Below, one piece after another: positions 44,935 through 64,000 of a stretch of DNA of 64,000 bases. Each line of letters begins with the position of its first letter. Positions within the stretch are counted from its first letter, which is position 1. Both the position numbers and the translations under genes were made by a program. Where the stretch lies: NCBI RefSeq assembly GCF_009914755.1, contig NC_060936.1. One strand, written 5' to 3'. The notes beneath the pieces were generated by a model. It ran no database searches. It saw only the letters and a program-made list of their open reading frames with translations, and was not told the DNA's origin. The DNA comes from the human T2T-CHM13v2.0 reference genome, Homo sapiens.

Positions 44935-45289
44935 CTAAAACATTCTGTGTGAAGGAGATGTTCATAGTACAAATAATACTTTTCCACTGACTTTAATTCT
45001 GATTCCCTAGTATTTTTATCATGGCTTCTAATCTATCTTCTGGCTACAAGAAGTGAGTCATTTGTAAAGTGAAGAATTTATTTTAAAGTGAGCAATCATA
45101 CCACCCATTTTCTGTTTTCCTCCAGAGAGGCATCTAAAAATGACTTTCCCCTTGTAGTCCCAAAGTTCTCAAACCTACACTCACCTCTTTGCCCAAAACT
45201 TCCAGCCTCAACTATGTTAAGGTCTCTCTCTGCCTTGCTTAGAGCCCCACCGTCGCTGTGATAGTTTTCTAGAGATGCCCAACGAAGTA

Positions 45290-45545
45290 TCGCAGAGTTG
45301 TTAAAGAACAGGAATTTATTTTTCCACAGGTCTGGAAGCTAGAAGTCCAAGATCAAGCTAACAGCAGGGTTGGTGTCTTCTAGGGCCTCTCTCCTCAGCT
45401 TGCAGATGGTTTTCTCTCTGTACCTGTCTATATCCACATTTCTTCTTGTAAGGTCACTGGTCATATTGGATTAGGGCCTACCCATAATTTTATTTTAACC
45501 ACTTCTTTAAAGACCCTATTTCTAAATACAGTCACATTCTGGGGC
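45290..45545 (-). mobile_element. MLT1 fragment
   Basis: GGAAGCTAGAAGTCCAAGATCAAG...CAGTCACATTCTG. Confidence 0.75.
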
Positions 45546-47579
45546 CCCCTGCCTTAAGGGACAACATCCACCACATTGGCCGGTATGCTAAATGGAAGCA
45601 TTACATTTCTTTGTGCCAATTGCCATAAGAAGTAAGGCTGAAAGCAGGAGAAGCATGTCTTCATTTTCTCAACTCACTACTCCACCGTCTAGGTCCTTGA
45701 TTTAAATGATTTCATGACACAAGTAGGAACAGACCCTTTGGGCAACTCAGCAGCTAAGCCAACATCACCTTAAGCAAAATGTTAGACATGAAAATGTCAC
45801 ATTACATGGAAAACAGCGTTAAGGGACCACAACTACAATAAGGAAAAGACTGTGGTTTTTTTTCTCTCTTATATTGTTTGTGTAACTAGGATGATTCCTG
45901 TACATAATTTATTCGTATGCATATGTATCCATATATTATATATAACATTTATTGAGATCCAGCCATGTGCCAGGCACTGCTCTAAAAGCATTATGTGTAC
46001 TAGCTCACTTAATCCTCATGATAGCTCCATGAGATAGATACTTTTATGATCCCCAAATTATGGACAAGGTGCTGCAGCACAGAAGTTAAGCCGCTGCCCA
46101 AGGACACACAGCTGGTAAGTGTTGCAGGTGGGATTTGGCCCTGGAAGTCTGGCTTTTGTATCTTATGCATCAGTTAGCAGACTATTGCTTATTTTGATCA
46201 AGTCTTTTCTATTTCTAATATGCAATTAACATATAAACACCATTAGTTCCATTGAAAAACCCACTGCAGAGATTTCAGAAGGGGCTGCAAACCCCTTTGA
46301 GCAGGCTCCCATCAGGCTACCTTTCCTGGGTGGTCAGCAGCTGCTTTGCTCCTCTGTGAACTTTTTCCTTAATAGCAAAGTGGCCTCAAGAAGACCTCTG
46401 GCCTCAAGAAGCTCCCCACTCTTGTACTGGCAATTGGCAATACAGTGTACAAATGTACACTGCTTCAACTGGTCCTAGAAAACCTGGGAACCGATGCATC
46501 CCCACAAGGAAATATTAGAGTTGGGGACCAGGTGAAATCACAGTCATACCTTCAGGACCTTCCATATATACTTGCCTTATTCAGCACGTACTCAGTACTA
46601 AGAACTTAAGTTATTTACACATATTAGCTCACTTTAGCCTAGAAGAAGCCTACAAGAAGATATTAATGTTCATCATTAAGAACAATGTATATAAAAATGT
46701 AAACTGCAAAATGTGTTAAAAATCTTAAGCTTTAATAAACTGGAGTTAAAAGAGAAATTGAATTAAACCACACTATCCTTACTCAAGTTCAAAACCATAT
46801 ATATTTTCAAAAATTATTTTCTGTAGAGATGTGGCCTCACTATGTTGTCCAGGCTAGTTTGGAACTCCTGGGCTCAAGCAATTTTCCCATCCCAGCCTCC
46901 CAAAGTGCTGGGATTACAGGCACAAGCCACCTCAGCCAGTCCAAAAATATTTTTCTTAAATCATACTCTCACAAAAACGTTTTGTCTCACTCCACTTCCA
47001 AAGTGACTCATGGAAGCCGTGAAAACCAGAACCAATAATAGTAATGGGATTAAAAATAAATAGAATTTATTAAATATCTACTGTGTCCCAAAGTGGCATG
47101 TGTTTCTTTTCTTCTTTTTTTTTTTTTTTTTTTTTGTAGAAATGGGGTCTCACTATCTTTGCCCAGGCTGGTCTGGAACTCTTAGTCTCAAGCAAGCCTC
47201 CCGCCTCAGTCTCCCAATGCACTGGGATTACAGGCATGTGCTGCCCAACGGTGTTTCCTGGACTCAAACTTGCTTTGATGTCTCAGGTCTGCATCTACAA
47301 ACTACTGGATGTTGAGAAAGTCCTGTAACTTTCCCATGCCTCAGTTTCCTCATCTGTAAGTGGGATGACAAAGATACCTATCTTGTAGGCTTGTTGTGAG
47401 GATGAATTGAGTTAGCTTATGTAAAACGCTCAGAAAAACACATAGCATGTTGTAAGAAGACAGAAGTGCCTGCGGCTATCATCAAAATCTCACAACCTTG
47501 GTAATACACATTTTTACATCTGAGGAAAACATCTGAGGCTTAGACCTAAACTTGCCGCAGGTAACTCATTAGAATGTGG

Positions 47580-47890
47580 CTGGGGCGGGGGACAGTGGTG
47601 AAGGTTCCAACCCAGGTGTGGCAGATTCCAGAGCCTGCGGTCTGAACCAGCCCCTGGTGACCTTTACCCCGAGAGCGGAAGAAAGGCAAACAGGCGGAAG
47701 CCCACAGCCGAGGCCATCGCGCTGCGCATGATCCGTGGCAACCGTCCTTCCTTGACCTTTGCCCACTGGAAAAGCCAATCCCAAGTCAGCCTGGGGTAAA
47801 GGGGCGGGGCCTTGTGGTTGGCATAGCAACAGACATGGGTCAAACTCACCTGGGGGTTAGGGCGGGGTTGTTTGTCACTAAGGAATCATT
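47580..47890. promoter_or_regulatory. CpG-enriched promoter with RFX X-box, GC boxes, CCAAT and NRF1-like site
   Basis: GTTGGCATAGCAAC at 47817-47830; half X-box CCGTGGCAAC ~47733-47742; GGGGCGGGG at 47582 and 47801, GGGCGGGG ~47860; CCAAT 47775; GCGCTGCGCATG 47719-47730. Confidence 0.75.
47668..47717 (-). pseudogene. Exon 1 coding part, MASAVGFRLFAFLPLS(G), signal-peptide-like
   Basis: gcgATGG Kozak context; hydrophobic stretch; donor GG|GTAAAG (phase 2); upstream in-frame ATG at 47729. Confidence 0.55.
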
Positions 47891-48159
47891 GCTGAATGAC
47901 ACTACAGTGGAGAACCAGAGCCCCGGGCTTTTCTAAACAAACAGCCCTGGTCACTGCTGAATTCAAAGTGTACTGCCGGGGCCGGGCGCGGTGGCTCACG
48001 CCTGTAATCCCAACACTTTGGGAGGCTGAGGCAGGCGGATCACGAGGTCAGGAGATAGAGACCATCCTGGCCAACATGGTGAAACCGAAACCCCGTCTCT
48101 ACTAAAAATACAAAAATTAGCTGGGCATGATGGCGGGCGCCTGTAATCCCAGCTACTCA

Positions 48160-50425
<2,266 letters not shown>

Positions 50426-50605
50426 GTATGATGAGCATGATGAGTGGGCTGACAGGAAGAACTCTGCACCCAAATGGCAATGAGGAAGCAGGCTCCTTAT
50501 ATCAACGTGAAGAATCTTTAAAGGAACTTGAGTTTGTAAAGAGAGCAAGAAAAACAAGATAGAGTCTTAGCAACTAGAGGAAACAAGCATCTCATTTCTG
50601 TAGGC

Positions 50606-51550
<945 letters not shown>

Positions 51551-53385
51551 GATCTAGGCCAAAGAAATTCCTAAAGGTCTATATTTCTGGCATAGTAAAA
51601 ATGAGTGACATGGCTCTCTTCAAGGCCACTGAGAGGTCTCATTTCCAATCCTGCTAGTCCAGTTTGAAGACTGATCTTTTAGGGTCAACTTCAAACTTTG
51701 CCGCCATTTAGAGAGCAGCCGTGTCAATTTCCAGCCAGTTGCTCTGCAAAGCCAATCAGAGCCCATTATGTTTGGCTCCCTGTTTTTGCCTTGCAAGAGT
51801 GCAGTCCTCAGCATGTCCCCTTTCAAATACCTATTATTCTGGTGCTGTCTTCAGTGGTGCCATGACTGGCAGTGATTAGGGTGACATTTTTTATGTGCCT
51901 GAGTTCACAGAGCAAATTACATAGCGTGAGTGGCATGGTGATTAAGTGGCTGTGTGTAAAGACTAGAATCGCTACATTTGCATGTCTCTGAATAATGAGA
52001 TTCTTATCTCCATTATGTGGCAATGAGGTCGAAATTGATAGCGCTATTAACTGTTTACACAGTAAGCACAATTTTCTATTCTCTCTTTCTCTCTCACTGG
52101 TTTCAAAGCAGCCAAAAGCTTTGAGCCCCCCAGCAACCCTCCCAAATAAGTTTTCCATAAAAAGAGATTTCCACAACCCCTCAATAAATTTTCTGGCTGC
52201 CTTCCAGAGCCCACAGATAATCCAATCCACCCTCTTGGTTTCACAGGGAAGAAGCTGCAGTGTAGAGAGGTGAGATTTGTCCAAGGTCACACAGAAAGAA
52301 AGAGGGCTGGAAAACAGAGGACTCCAACAATACTCATTCCTTCTCTGATTTGTGTCCTCTGGTGCCCGGCTGCAGCTTTGGAATAATGAAGTCCCACCTT
52401 CCAGCCTACATACATATTGTGCATTCTGGTCACACACCCATTTTGCTGCTGAAGAGATGATGAAACTGGCTGAAATTATAATTTGATTCTCCAAACACAG
52501 AGACCTTTTCAGTTGACCCTAGAGATGAGCCCTAACTATACTTTGAATCAACAAATATCAATTTTCGCAGCAATGAAATAAATATATGGAGAGATAGTTA
52601 TAGTTACAGTGGGTTATAAAACAGGGCAAGGGAAAGCTGTGACTATTTATTTGGCTCTGCTCCTAGCAATGAAGTATTTATCCATCAGCTATGTGGCAGT
52701 GACATTTTTTATATGAAGGGCAAGTTTGAATTAATAACTAAAGAGACCGTTTTTAAAAATAGATCATCAGTGTAGCAACCCAAAAATGTATCCAATAAAG
52801 TGCTTCACTAGCAATATTGCAAAACATGAGGAGGAAAAAAACTCTCTCCAATTAAATTCTCACTCACCAGTGCTTTCGTGGTGGAACAACCACAACAGCA
52901 TGAAGGTTAACTGCCTTGGCATAAAAGAGGAGACGGAGTAACAGGATTTGTCAAGTAGATCGTGGCATCAGCTTAACATTTGTGGGAGTTAAATGTATGC
53001 ATGAACAGTTGTAATGCTGAGTTCCATTAAAAAATATGATGGTGAAATGGCCTGGAGTGAAGCATTATTATTTATTATGAACTAAAACGGACTATTTGTT
53101 TGTGATATATCTTAAAAGTACTGAGTGCCTTGAAATCACTAGAAGGGTTCATTACCTCTGTATCCCATCAATAACCAAAAATCTTGTCCTAGGAGTCAAA
53201 ACTGAAGGAGATTCCAGATAGCATAAAGCACAAGAAAACTGGTTCCTATTTAGCAGTGGGTAAAGAAGTTGTGAAATCCTTCAGGACTCCACTTAAACTT
53301 TGCGGGGTTGAAAGAGGCCCTCCCTGGAACCCATAGTCTAAATTACACTTCTTTGGTATAAGTCACCATATTTCTTTTTTTTTGA

Positions 53386-53490
<105 letters not shown>

Positions 53491-53914
53491 TAAGTAGATG
53501 AGATTACAGGCAAGTGCCACCATGCCTGGCTAATGTTGTATTTTTAGTAGCGACAGAGTTTCACCATGTTGGTCAGGCTGGTCTCCAACTCCAGACCTCA
53601 AGTGATCTGCCCTCCTCGGCCTCCCAAAGTGCTGGGATTACAGGTGTGAGCCACCATGCCCAGCGAAGTCACAATATTTCCACATGCGCTGTTTGATTTA
53701 TTATATTTGTTACACGAAGGTACTTACTACCTGTCTTCTCCACAAAGTCTGTGAACTCTAGCAAGGCAGGTGCCTATGCACCTAACAGCATATTCATCCA
53801 TTCAAAATGTACCTACAGAGCACCTACTAAGAGTTAGCCAACACAATTCTGCCCTCATATGTTTACATCCAGATAGGGGGACATAGACCATAAACAATTA
53901 AACAAGCGAGTTGA

Positions 53915-54309
<395 letters not shown>

Positions 54310-54578
54310 TGATCTGCCCGCCTCGGCCTCCCAAAGTACTGGAATTACAGGTGTGAGCCACCATGCCCAGCCACACCCAGCTAATTTTTATATTTTTTTG
54401 TAGAGACAGGGTCTCACTATGTTGCCCAGACTGGTCTCAAACTTCTGGCTTCAAACAATCCTCCTGCCTTGGCCTCCCAAAGCATTAGATTACATTTGTG
54501 GGCCACCACACCTGGCTTGATTTTAGATAATAATATGGGAGACTGATCAGAGAAGGTTTCCCTGAGGAAATGAGATTA

Positions 54579-55176
<598 letters not shown>

Positions 55177-57432
55177 CTATAATTGCAGGCGGAATGTAAT
55201 TCTTGCTACCCTGGGCAAGACTGCAGGTGACCAAAATACAAAAGTAAAGCGTAGATATTAAGTGTTGTCTCCACAAAAATAACTACATGATGTATATTGC
55301 GTTTGTTAATTAGCTAGATTTAACCATTCCATAGTGTATATACACTTCAAAACATCATGCTGTACACAAAAAATACATACAATTTTATCTGTCAATTTAA
55401 AGAAATAGTGGTTGTTCTAGGGTTTACAATGTTCATATTTTATGTATCATAGTCTCCCTTCAAAGAATATTACACTACTCCACATGTAGTTTAAGAACCT
55501 TATGATAGTATAGTTACAATTCCTCCACCCTTTGGTCTTTTAATCCTCACAATACACTTATTGTATATTTGTTTACACTGCTAAATATCATTGATTGGTT
55601 CTTTAAAAATCCTCTGTTAAAAAAAAAAAGGCTGGGAACAGTGTTTCTCATGTCTGTAATCCCTGTAATCCCAGAGTTTTGAGAGGCTGGGGCAAAAGGA
55701 TTGCTTGAGCCCAGGAGTTCAAGGCTGCAGTGAGCTATGATCGCGCCATTGCACTCCAGCCTGGGCAACAGAGATAGGCTCTGTCTCTGAAAAAAAAAAA
55801 AAAAAAAAAAATAGAGAGAGAGAGAGAGAAAGGTAGAGGCTAGAAACTTGAAATTTCAAGAGAACCACAACAGGTAAATAAGATAAGTCCTGGGGACTCA
55901 GAGAAAATGAAAATGAGATATTTAAGGCAGCCTATAATAAACCCCAAATTGCTGCAGAGGAAGTCAGGGCAAGGGAGCTAAATGCAGGCTGACATCATAT
56001 GGGGCAGGTTCCTGAAGGCAGGATGTGAACTAGGCCTTGAATCACACACAGGAATTTATTGGGCAGAACAAATAAGGAAGGTAGGGCACTCCAGGAAAAT
56101 CGGTCTTATCACATTATCCCAATGGAACTACCACATTTATTTCTAGGACGTTATGTAAATCCATACTATGCTGATTACACAGAGGGACAATTGATTATAT
56201 GCATGGAGTATAGAAGTTGGATCAAATTTATTGGCCAGGCACCGTGGCTCACGCCTGTAATCCCAGCACTTTGGGAGACTGAGGCAGGCGAATCACCATG
56301 TCAGGAGATCGAGACCATCCTGGCCAACATGGTGAAACCCCATCTCTACTAAAAATACAAAAATTAGCCGGGCATGGTGGTGTGTGCCTGTAGTCCCAGC
56401 TACTTGGGAGGCTGAGGCAGGAGAATTGCTTGGCCCGGGAGGTGGAGGTTGCAGTGAGCAGAGATCGTGCCTCTGCTTTCCAGCCTGGCGACAGAGCGAG
56501 ACTCTGTCAAAAAAAAAAAGAAGTTGGATCAAATTTGTTTTAAGTTTTAGGCTTAAATTGTCTCCCTTGAAATTCATAGACTCCTCATCTAGTGGAGAAT
56601 TGCCTATCTTCAGCTCATGCATAGTGAAATTGATGAGTTATGGATCTATAAGGGATGTTCTAATTCTCTCATTTGCTGGAAACTCAGTAGCCTGCTATTC
56701 TTGTTGTAATGGTTTAGTTCTTTTTAGCACTTTGTTAATCAAACTGTGTTGGAGATTGTGCCAGGGTGATCCAACCTCCTATTATAAGGTCTGTGAGACA
56801 TGAGTCACAGCACAACCAAGAGGCCTCACCAGAAACTAGGGTAGCATCCTTGACACCACCGTTTCTCTCATGACCCCCAGTCAATCTAACCAGTGAAGTG
56901 CTATCAATTCTACCTCTCAAGTAACTCTCAAATCTGTCGTTTTTGCTCCTTGCTTACCACACTGCCTTATTCAGCCCCTTAACATTTCTTACTAAATCCC
57001 ACCCTTTAATTTCCACCTCACCTCCAGCTATTTTTAAACATTCCTTTCCAATCCCCATAACCTCCCTGTGACTGCTTGAACACTCACCATAATATACATA
57101 CACACCCTTCACGATTTGCCTACTCTTTCATCCTTGTCTTACTTCATGCCTCCCAAACAGCCCGAGTTCAAGAAAACAGCCATTTATGGTTTCCCCAAAG
57201 CCACATGCTGCTGGTAGTCTCCACTCCTTTGTGCTTGCAATTTCCTCTGCCTAGAATTTCTTTGCCCAGCCCTGTGTGGTCTCTTTTATTCGTCCTTTAA
57301 GACTCAGCTTGGGCCAGGCATGGTGGCTCACGCCTGTAATCCCAGCATTTTGGGAGGCTGAGGCAGGTGGATCACCTGAGGTCGAGAGTTTGAGAGCAGC
57401 CTGGCCAATATTGTGAAACCCCAACTCTACTA

Positions 57433-57902
<470 letters not shown>

Positions 57903-59154
57903 TGAGCCACTGTGCCTGGCCAAGATTAGGGGTTTTTCTTCTGTAGGTTCTGCAGCATCCTATTTTAGCATTCCTACATTGCTGTAATTAATACTAGGCA
58001 TATCCGTCCCACCTGACATGGGTAGGAACCATGTGCCAGCCATATTTTTATCCCTTTTTTTCTCTCTCTCTCTTTTAAGAGGCAAGACCTTGCTCTGTCA
58101 CCCAGGCTGGAGTACAGTGGCATAATCATAACTCACTGCAGGCTTGAACTCCCATGCTCAAGGGATCTTCCTGCCTTAGCCACCTAAGTAGCTAGAACTA
58201 CAGGTGCGTACCACCACACTCGGCTAATTTTTTTATTTTTGTGTAGAGACAAAGTCTCACTATGTTCCTCAGACAGGTCTCAAACTCCTGGTCTCAAGTG
58301 GTCCTCCTGCCTTGGCCTCAAAGAACTCTGGGATTACAGGTGTGGGTCACCCTGCCCAGCCTATTCCCATTCACAGTACACCATCAGTAAATACTTATCA
58401 AAGTAATGACCAAGTAAATGCATTTTTATATTTTTAGGACACTATTATACATGCCTAGTCCTTACAACTACTACTAGACCAGGGAATTATTGTTAACATC
58501 CCAGGAAAGAAATAAAGTTAGAGTACAGGCTGGGTGCAGTGACCCACACCTGTAATCCCAGCAATTTGGGAAGCTGAGGCAGGAGGATCACTTGAGGCTA
58601 GGAATTCGAGACCAGCCTGGGCAACATAGGGAGACCCCTCTCTACAAAAAAATTTAAAAATTAGCTGGACATCATGGCGTGTGCCTCTGGTCCCAGCTAT
58701 TCGGAAGGCTGAGGTAGGAGGATCACTTGATGCTGGGGGTTTGAGGCTGCAGTGAGCCGTGATCATGCCACTACACTACAGTCTGGATGACAGAGCAAGA
58801 CTCCATCTCAAAAAAAAAAAAAAATTAGAGTACAAAGAAGCCATCAACCCCACTTCCCGCTAAGAGACTACAAACGCTGAGTTTCATTTGGAACTTTTGC
58901 CCCTTGGTTTATGGGGCACAAAAGATGGCCTGGCTCCCTTAAGCCTTCTTTGGCAGTGAATGAATGGTCCTGCTCATGACTATCCCAGCTCCTACAGCCA
59001 CTGACCAAGAGGCAGTTCCTGACAGCCATCTGGACTTACACCTCACTCCGTGACTCACCTATTCATAAGTGTCTCGGGAACTTTCCTCCGAGTGTGTGTG
59101 GTATAGTAACACTCAAGAGAACATAATTCCGAGCATGTGTCATAAACTAACTAG

Positions 59155-59808
<654 letters not shown>

Positions 59809-60013
59809 TAAGACAGTCTCAAAAGAATCTCTAAGATTTTGGCCAGACTCAGTGGCTCACGCCTGTAATCCCTACACTTTGGGAGGCCAAGGCGGGTGGA
59901 TGACCTGAGGTCAGGAGTTCAAGACCAGCCTAGCCTACATGACGAAACCCTGTCTCTACTAAAAATACAAAAAATTAACTGGGTGCAGTGGCGTGCGCCT
60001 GTAATCCCAGCTA

Positions 60014-60220
<207 letters not shown>

Positions 60221-60287
60221 CTAAACTAAGAGGCTCTAAGGACCAAGCACGAATGACCTCTGAAGTTTTCCTTTCTCACTTTCCTAG

Positions 60288-60629
<342 letters not shown>

Positions 60630-61098
60630 TGAGCCACCGCGCCCGGCTTTTTTTTTTTTTTTTTTTTAACTTTCAGAGATATTTAAAGCTTCTAAAGCAA
60701 GACTCTTGACACTGCTCTAAGATGAACTTAATCATGATGCACTATTAAAAACAATGTCTGGGTGTGGTCCAGCTTTGGGTTTATAAACATGCTATCTATT
60801 TTTCTTCATATTTTTATAAGTAATTCTGCATCATTGCTAAACCATGCAAACGAGCTTTTCATGATTCTTAATGAGCAGCCTCTCAATCACAGCACAAGAC
60901 ATCCTTCATGATAACAAATGTGGAAGGAACTTGTTTCCATCTTGAATACAGATCTTTCTTCTGTCCTAAGGATAGAAAGTGGAAAATCAGAGAAACATAC
61001 CTTGTGTAATGTCCCATTTATTCTTCTTTCTGAAAGAGAGAAGGTAGGAACTACATTAGATGCATTCTGAGGTTTCCAATTCGGCAATACCAAACAAA

Positions 61099-61500
61099 TG
61101 TTACAGGCTAAATTGTGTCACCCAAAATCCATATGTTGAAGTCCTAACCCCCAGTACTTCAGAGTGTGACATTATTTGGAGATACGGCCTTTAAACAGTT
61201 GATCAAGTTAAAATGACATCCTTCAGGGTGGGTCATAATCCAACCTTACTGCTGTCCTTATAAGAAGAGATCAGGACCCAAACTGGACACAAAGGGAAGA
61301 CCATGTGAGGACACAGCCAGATGGTGGCAAGCCAAGGAGAGGGGCCTCAGCGGAAACCAGGCCTACGGACACCTTGACCTTCCATTCCAGCCTCCACAAC
61401 CATCAGAAAATAAATTTCTGTTGTTCAAGCTGACGAGCCTCTGGTATATTGTTATAGCAGCCTGTGGTATCTTGTTATGGCAGCCTGGCAAACTAATACA
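61099..61500 (+). mobile_element. MLT1A/B LTR
   Basis: TGTTACAGGCTAAATTGTGTCACCCAAAATCCATATGTTGAAGTCCTAACCCC...AAACTAATACA. Confidence 0.85.
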
Positions 61501-62299
61501 AAAAATGATTTTTAAATGTTAGAGCAATTTTACAATCCTAGTGCATGATGCATTTTGTTTGTTTGTTTGGGTTTTTGTTTTTTGTTTTGTTTTGTTTTGT
61601 TTTATTGAAATAGGGTCTCATTCTGTTGCCCAGGCTGGAGTGCAGTGGCATGATTTCAGCTCACTGCAACCTCTGCCTCCCCAGCTCAGGCGATCCTCTT
61701 GCCTCAAGCCTCTTGAGGAGCTGGGACTACAGGTATGTGCCACCATGCTCAGCTACTTTTTAAATTTTTTGTAGCGATGAGGTCTCACTATATTGCCCAG
61801 GCCAATCTCAAACTCCTAAACTCAAGCGATCCTCCTGCCTCTGCCTCCCAAAATGCTGGGATTACAGAAGTGAGCCCAGCCATGATGTGTTTTATCTGCC
61901 ATTTTGGCTAACAATGTTTTGACTCAACATCTATAATACAAATATTTTAAGTAAAATAACACCATTACTAATTAATTTGGGTTAAGAAATAATTTTTGGT
62001 GTGAATGCCATTAAGCCAATTTAAATTTTTAGTCCATTTTCTATGGAGAACAATGAAACCATTTTCAGCTTTTTCCATTTTAGGTTTTATTCAGCCGCAG
62101 TAACTGTCACTGAATCAATTTTTATGAACATACATTTCATTACAAAGATATGATTCATCAATGAATGTTTTGCCCAACTATAATTATATCAATTGTGGCC
62201 TTTTATAATCTTTCTGCTGCAGTTAGTATTTATATTATATGGAAAAATTTATCAAATTTTTCAGGTCAAATTTAACAGGCAAAATTTTACTCTTTGGTC

Positions 62300-63065
<766 letters not shown>

Positions 63066-63399
63066 GGCCGGACATGGTGGCTTACGCCTGTAATCCCAGC
63101 AGCTTGGGAGGCCAAGGCAGGTGGATCGCTTGAGGCCAGGAGTTCAAGACCAGCCTGGCCAACATAGCAAAACCCCGTCTCTACTAAAAATACAAAAATT
63201 AGCTGGGCATGGTGGCACACACCTGTAATCCCAGCTACTCAGGGGGCTGAGGCAGGAAAATTGCTTGAACCTGGGGGTCGGAGGTTGCAGTGAGCCAAGA
63301 TTGCGTCACTGCACTCCAGCCTGGGTGACAGAGCAAGACCGTCACAAAAAAAAAAAAAAAGAATTTTTAAAATATTGATAGATGGTTGAAAAACTCAAA

Positions 63400-63625
63400 A
63401 GAGGCATAATATTTTTGTAATTCATGAAAATTATGTAAAATTCAAATTCACTAACTATAAATAAGGTTATATTGGAACATCACCACACTCAGCCACACCT
63501 ACTCATCTAGGTACCATCTATTACTGCTTTCTCACTGCAGTGACAGAGTTAAGTAGTTGTGACAGAAATCATTTGAGCCACAGAGCCTAAAATATTTACT
63601 AGCTGGTTCTTTACAGAAAAAGGTC
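63400..63625. mobile_element. MER58B-like fragment
   Basis: CACAGAGCCTAAAATATTTACTAGCTGGTTCTTTACAGAAAAAG. Confidence 0.7.
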
Positions 63626-63845
63626 TATCATACGGCTGAACCAATTCATCTTTATCTTTCAGATCATATGGTATGATGGGCACTAACTGTCCAAATAGTT
63701 GGCAGAAAGAGCAAATGGAAGCTACCCAAAGTATGGGTCTCAGGCTGTTGCCAGTTGAACTGTTAGGATCATAATGAGATAAATACAAAAATTGAGAGTA
63801 AGCCTTAGAAAGTTATAGAAAATTGACAAAGTAATTTTATGTCTA

Positions 63846-63998
<153 letters not shown>

Positions 63999-64000
63999 AA

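Noticed and set aside
51823-52494. 223-aa minus-strand ORF
   Set aside because: Non-ATG start, no recognisable homology or exon structure; likely chance in non-coding DNA.

Overview
Primate (almost certainly human) genomic DNA, dominated by interspersed repeats: more than 60 Alu copies, old L1M fragments, solo LTRs (LTR3-like, MER4, MER34/39-like, MLT1, LTR16), DNA-transposon relics (MADE1, MER58, MER3/Charlie, Tigger3) and a Y1-RNA retropseudogene. Nearly all supplied ORFs are Alu/L1 artefacts, and I see no intact protein-coding gene. The main result lies in the unique sequence on the minus strand. A CpG-rich promoter with an RFX X-box (~47.6-48.6 kb) is followed by about 12 AG/GT-bounded exons (47717 down to 20430). 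Most splice phases are compatible. They reconstruct a ~400-aa type I membrane protein: signal-peptide-like start, Cys/Trp-rich segments resembling plexin PSI and TIG/IPT repeats, one clear transmembrane helix and a basic juxtamembrane tail. The frame carries several premature stops and about two frameshifts, so it looks like a decayed (candidate unitary) pseudogene. The exon chain was assembled by eye; the plexin resemblance is recalled, not computed; I could not identify the locus or check whether it is already annotated.
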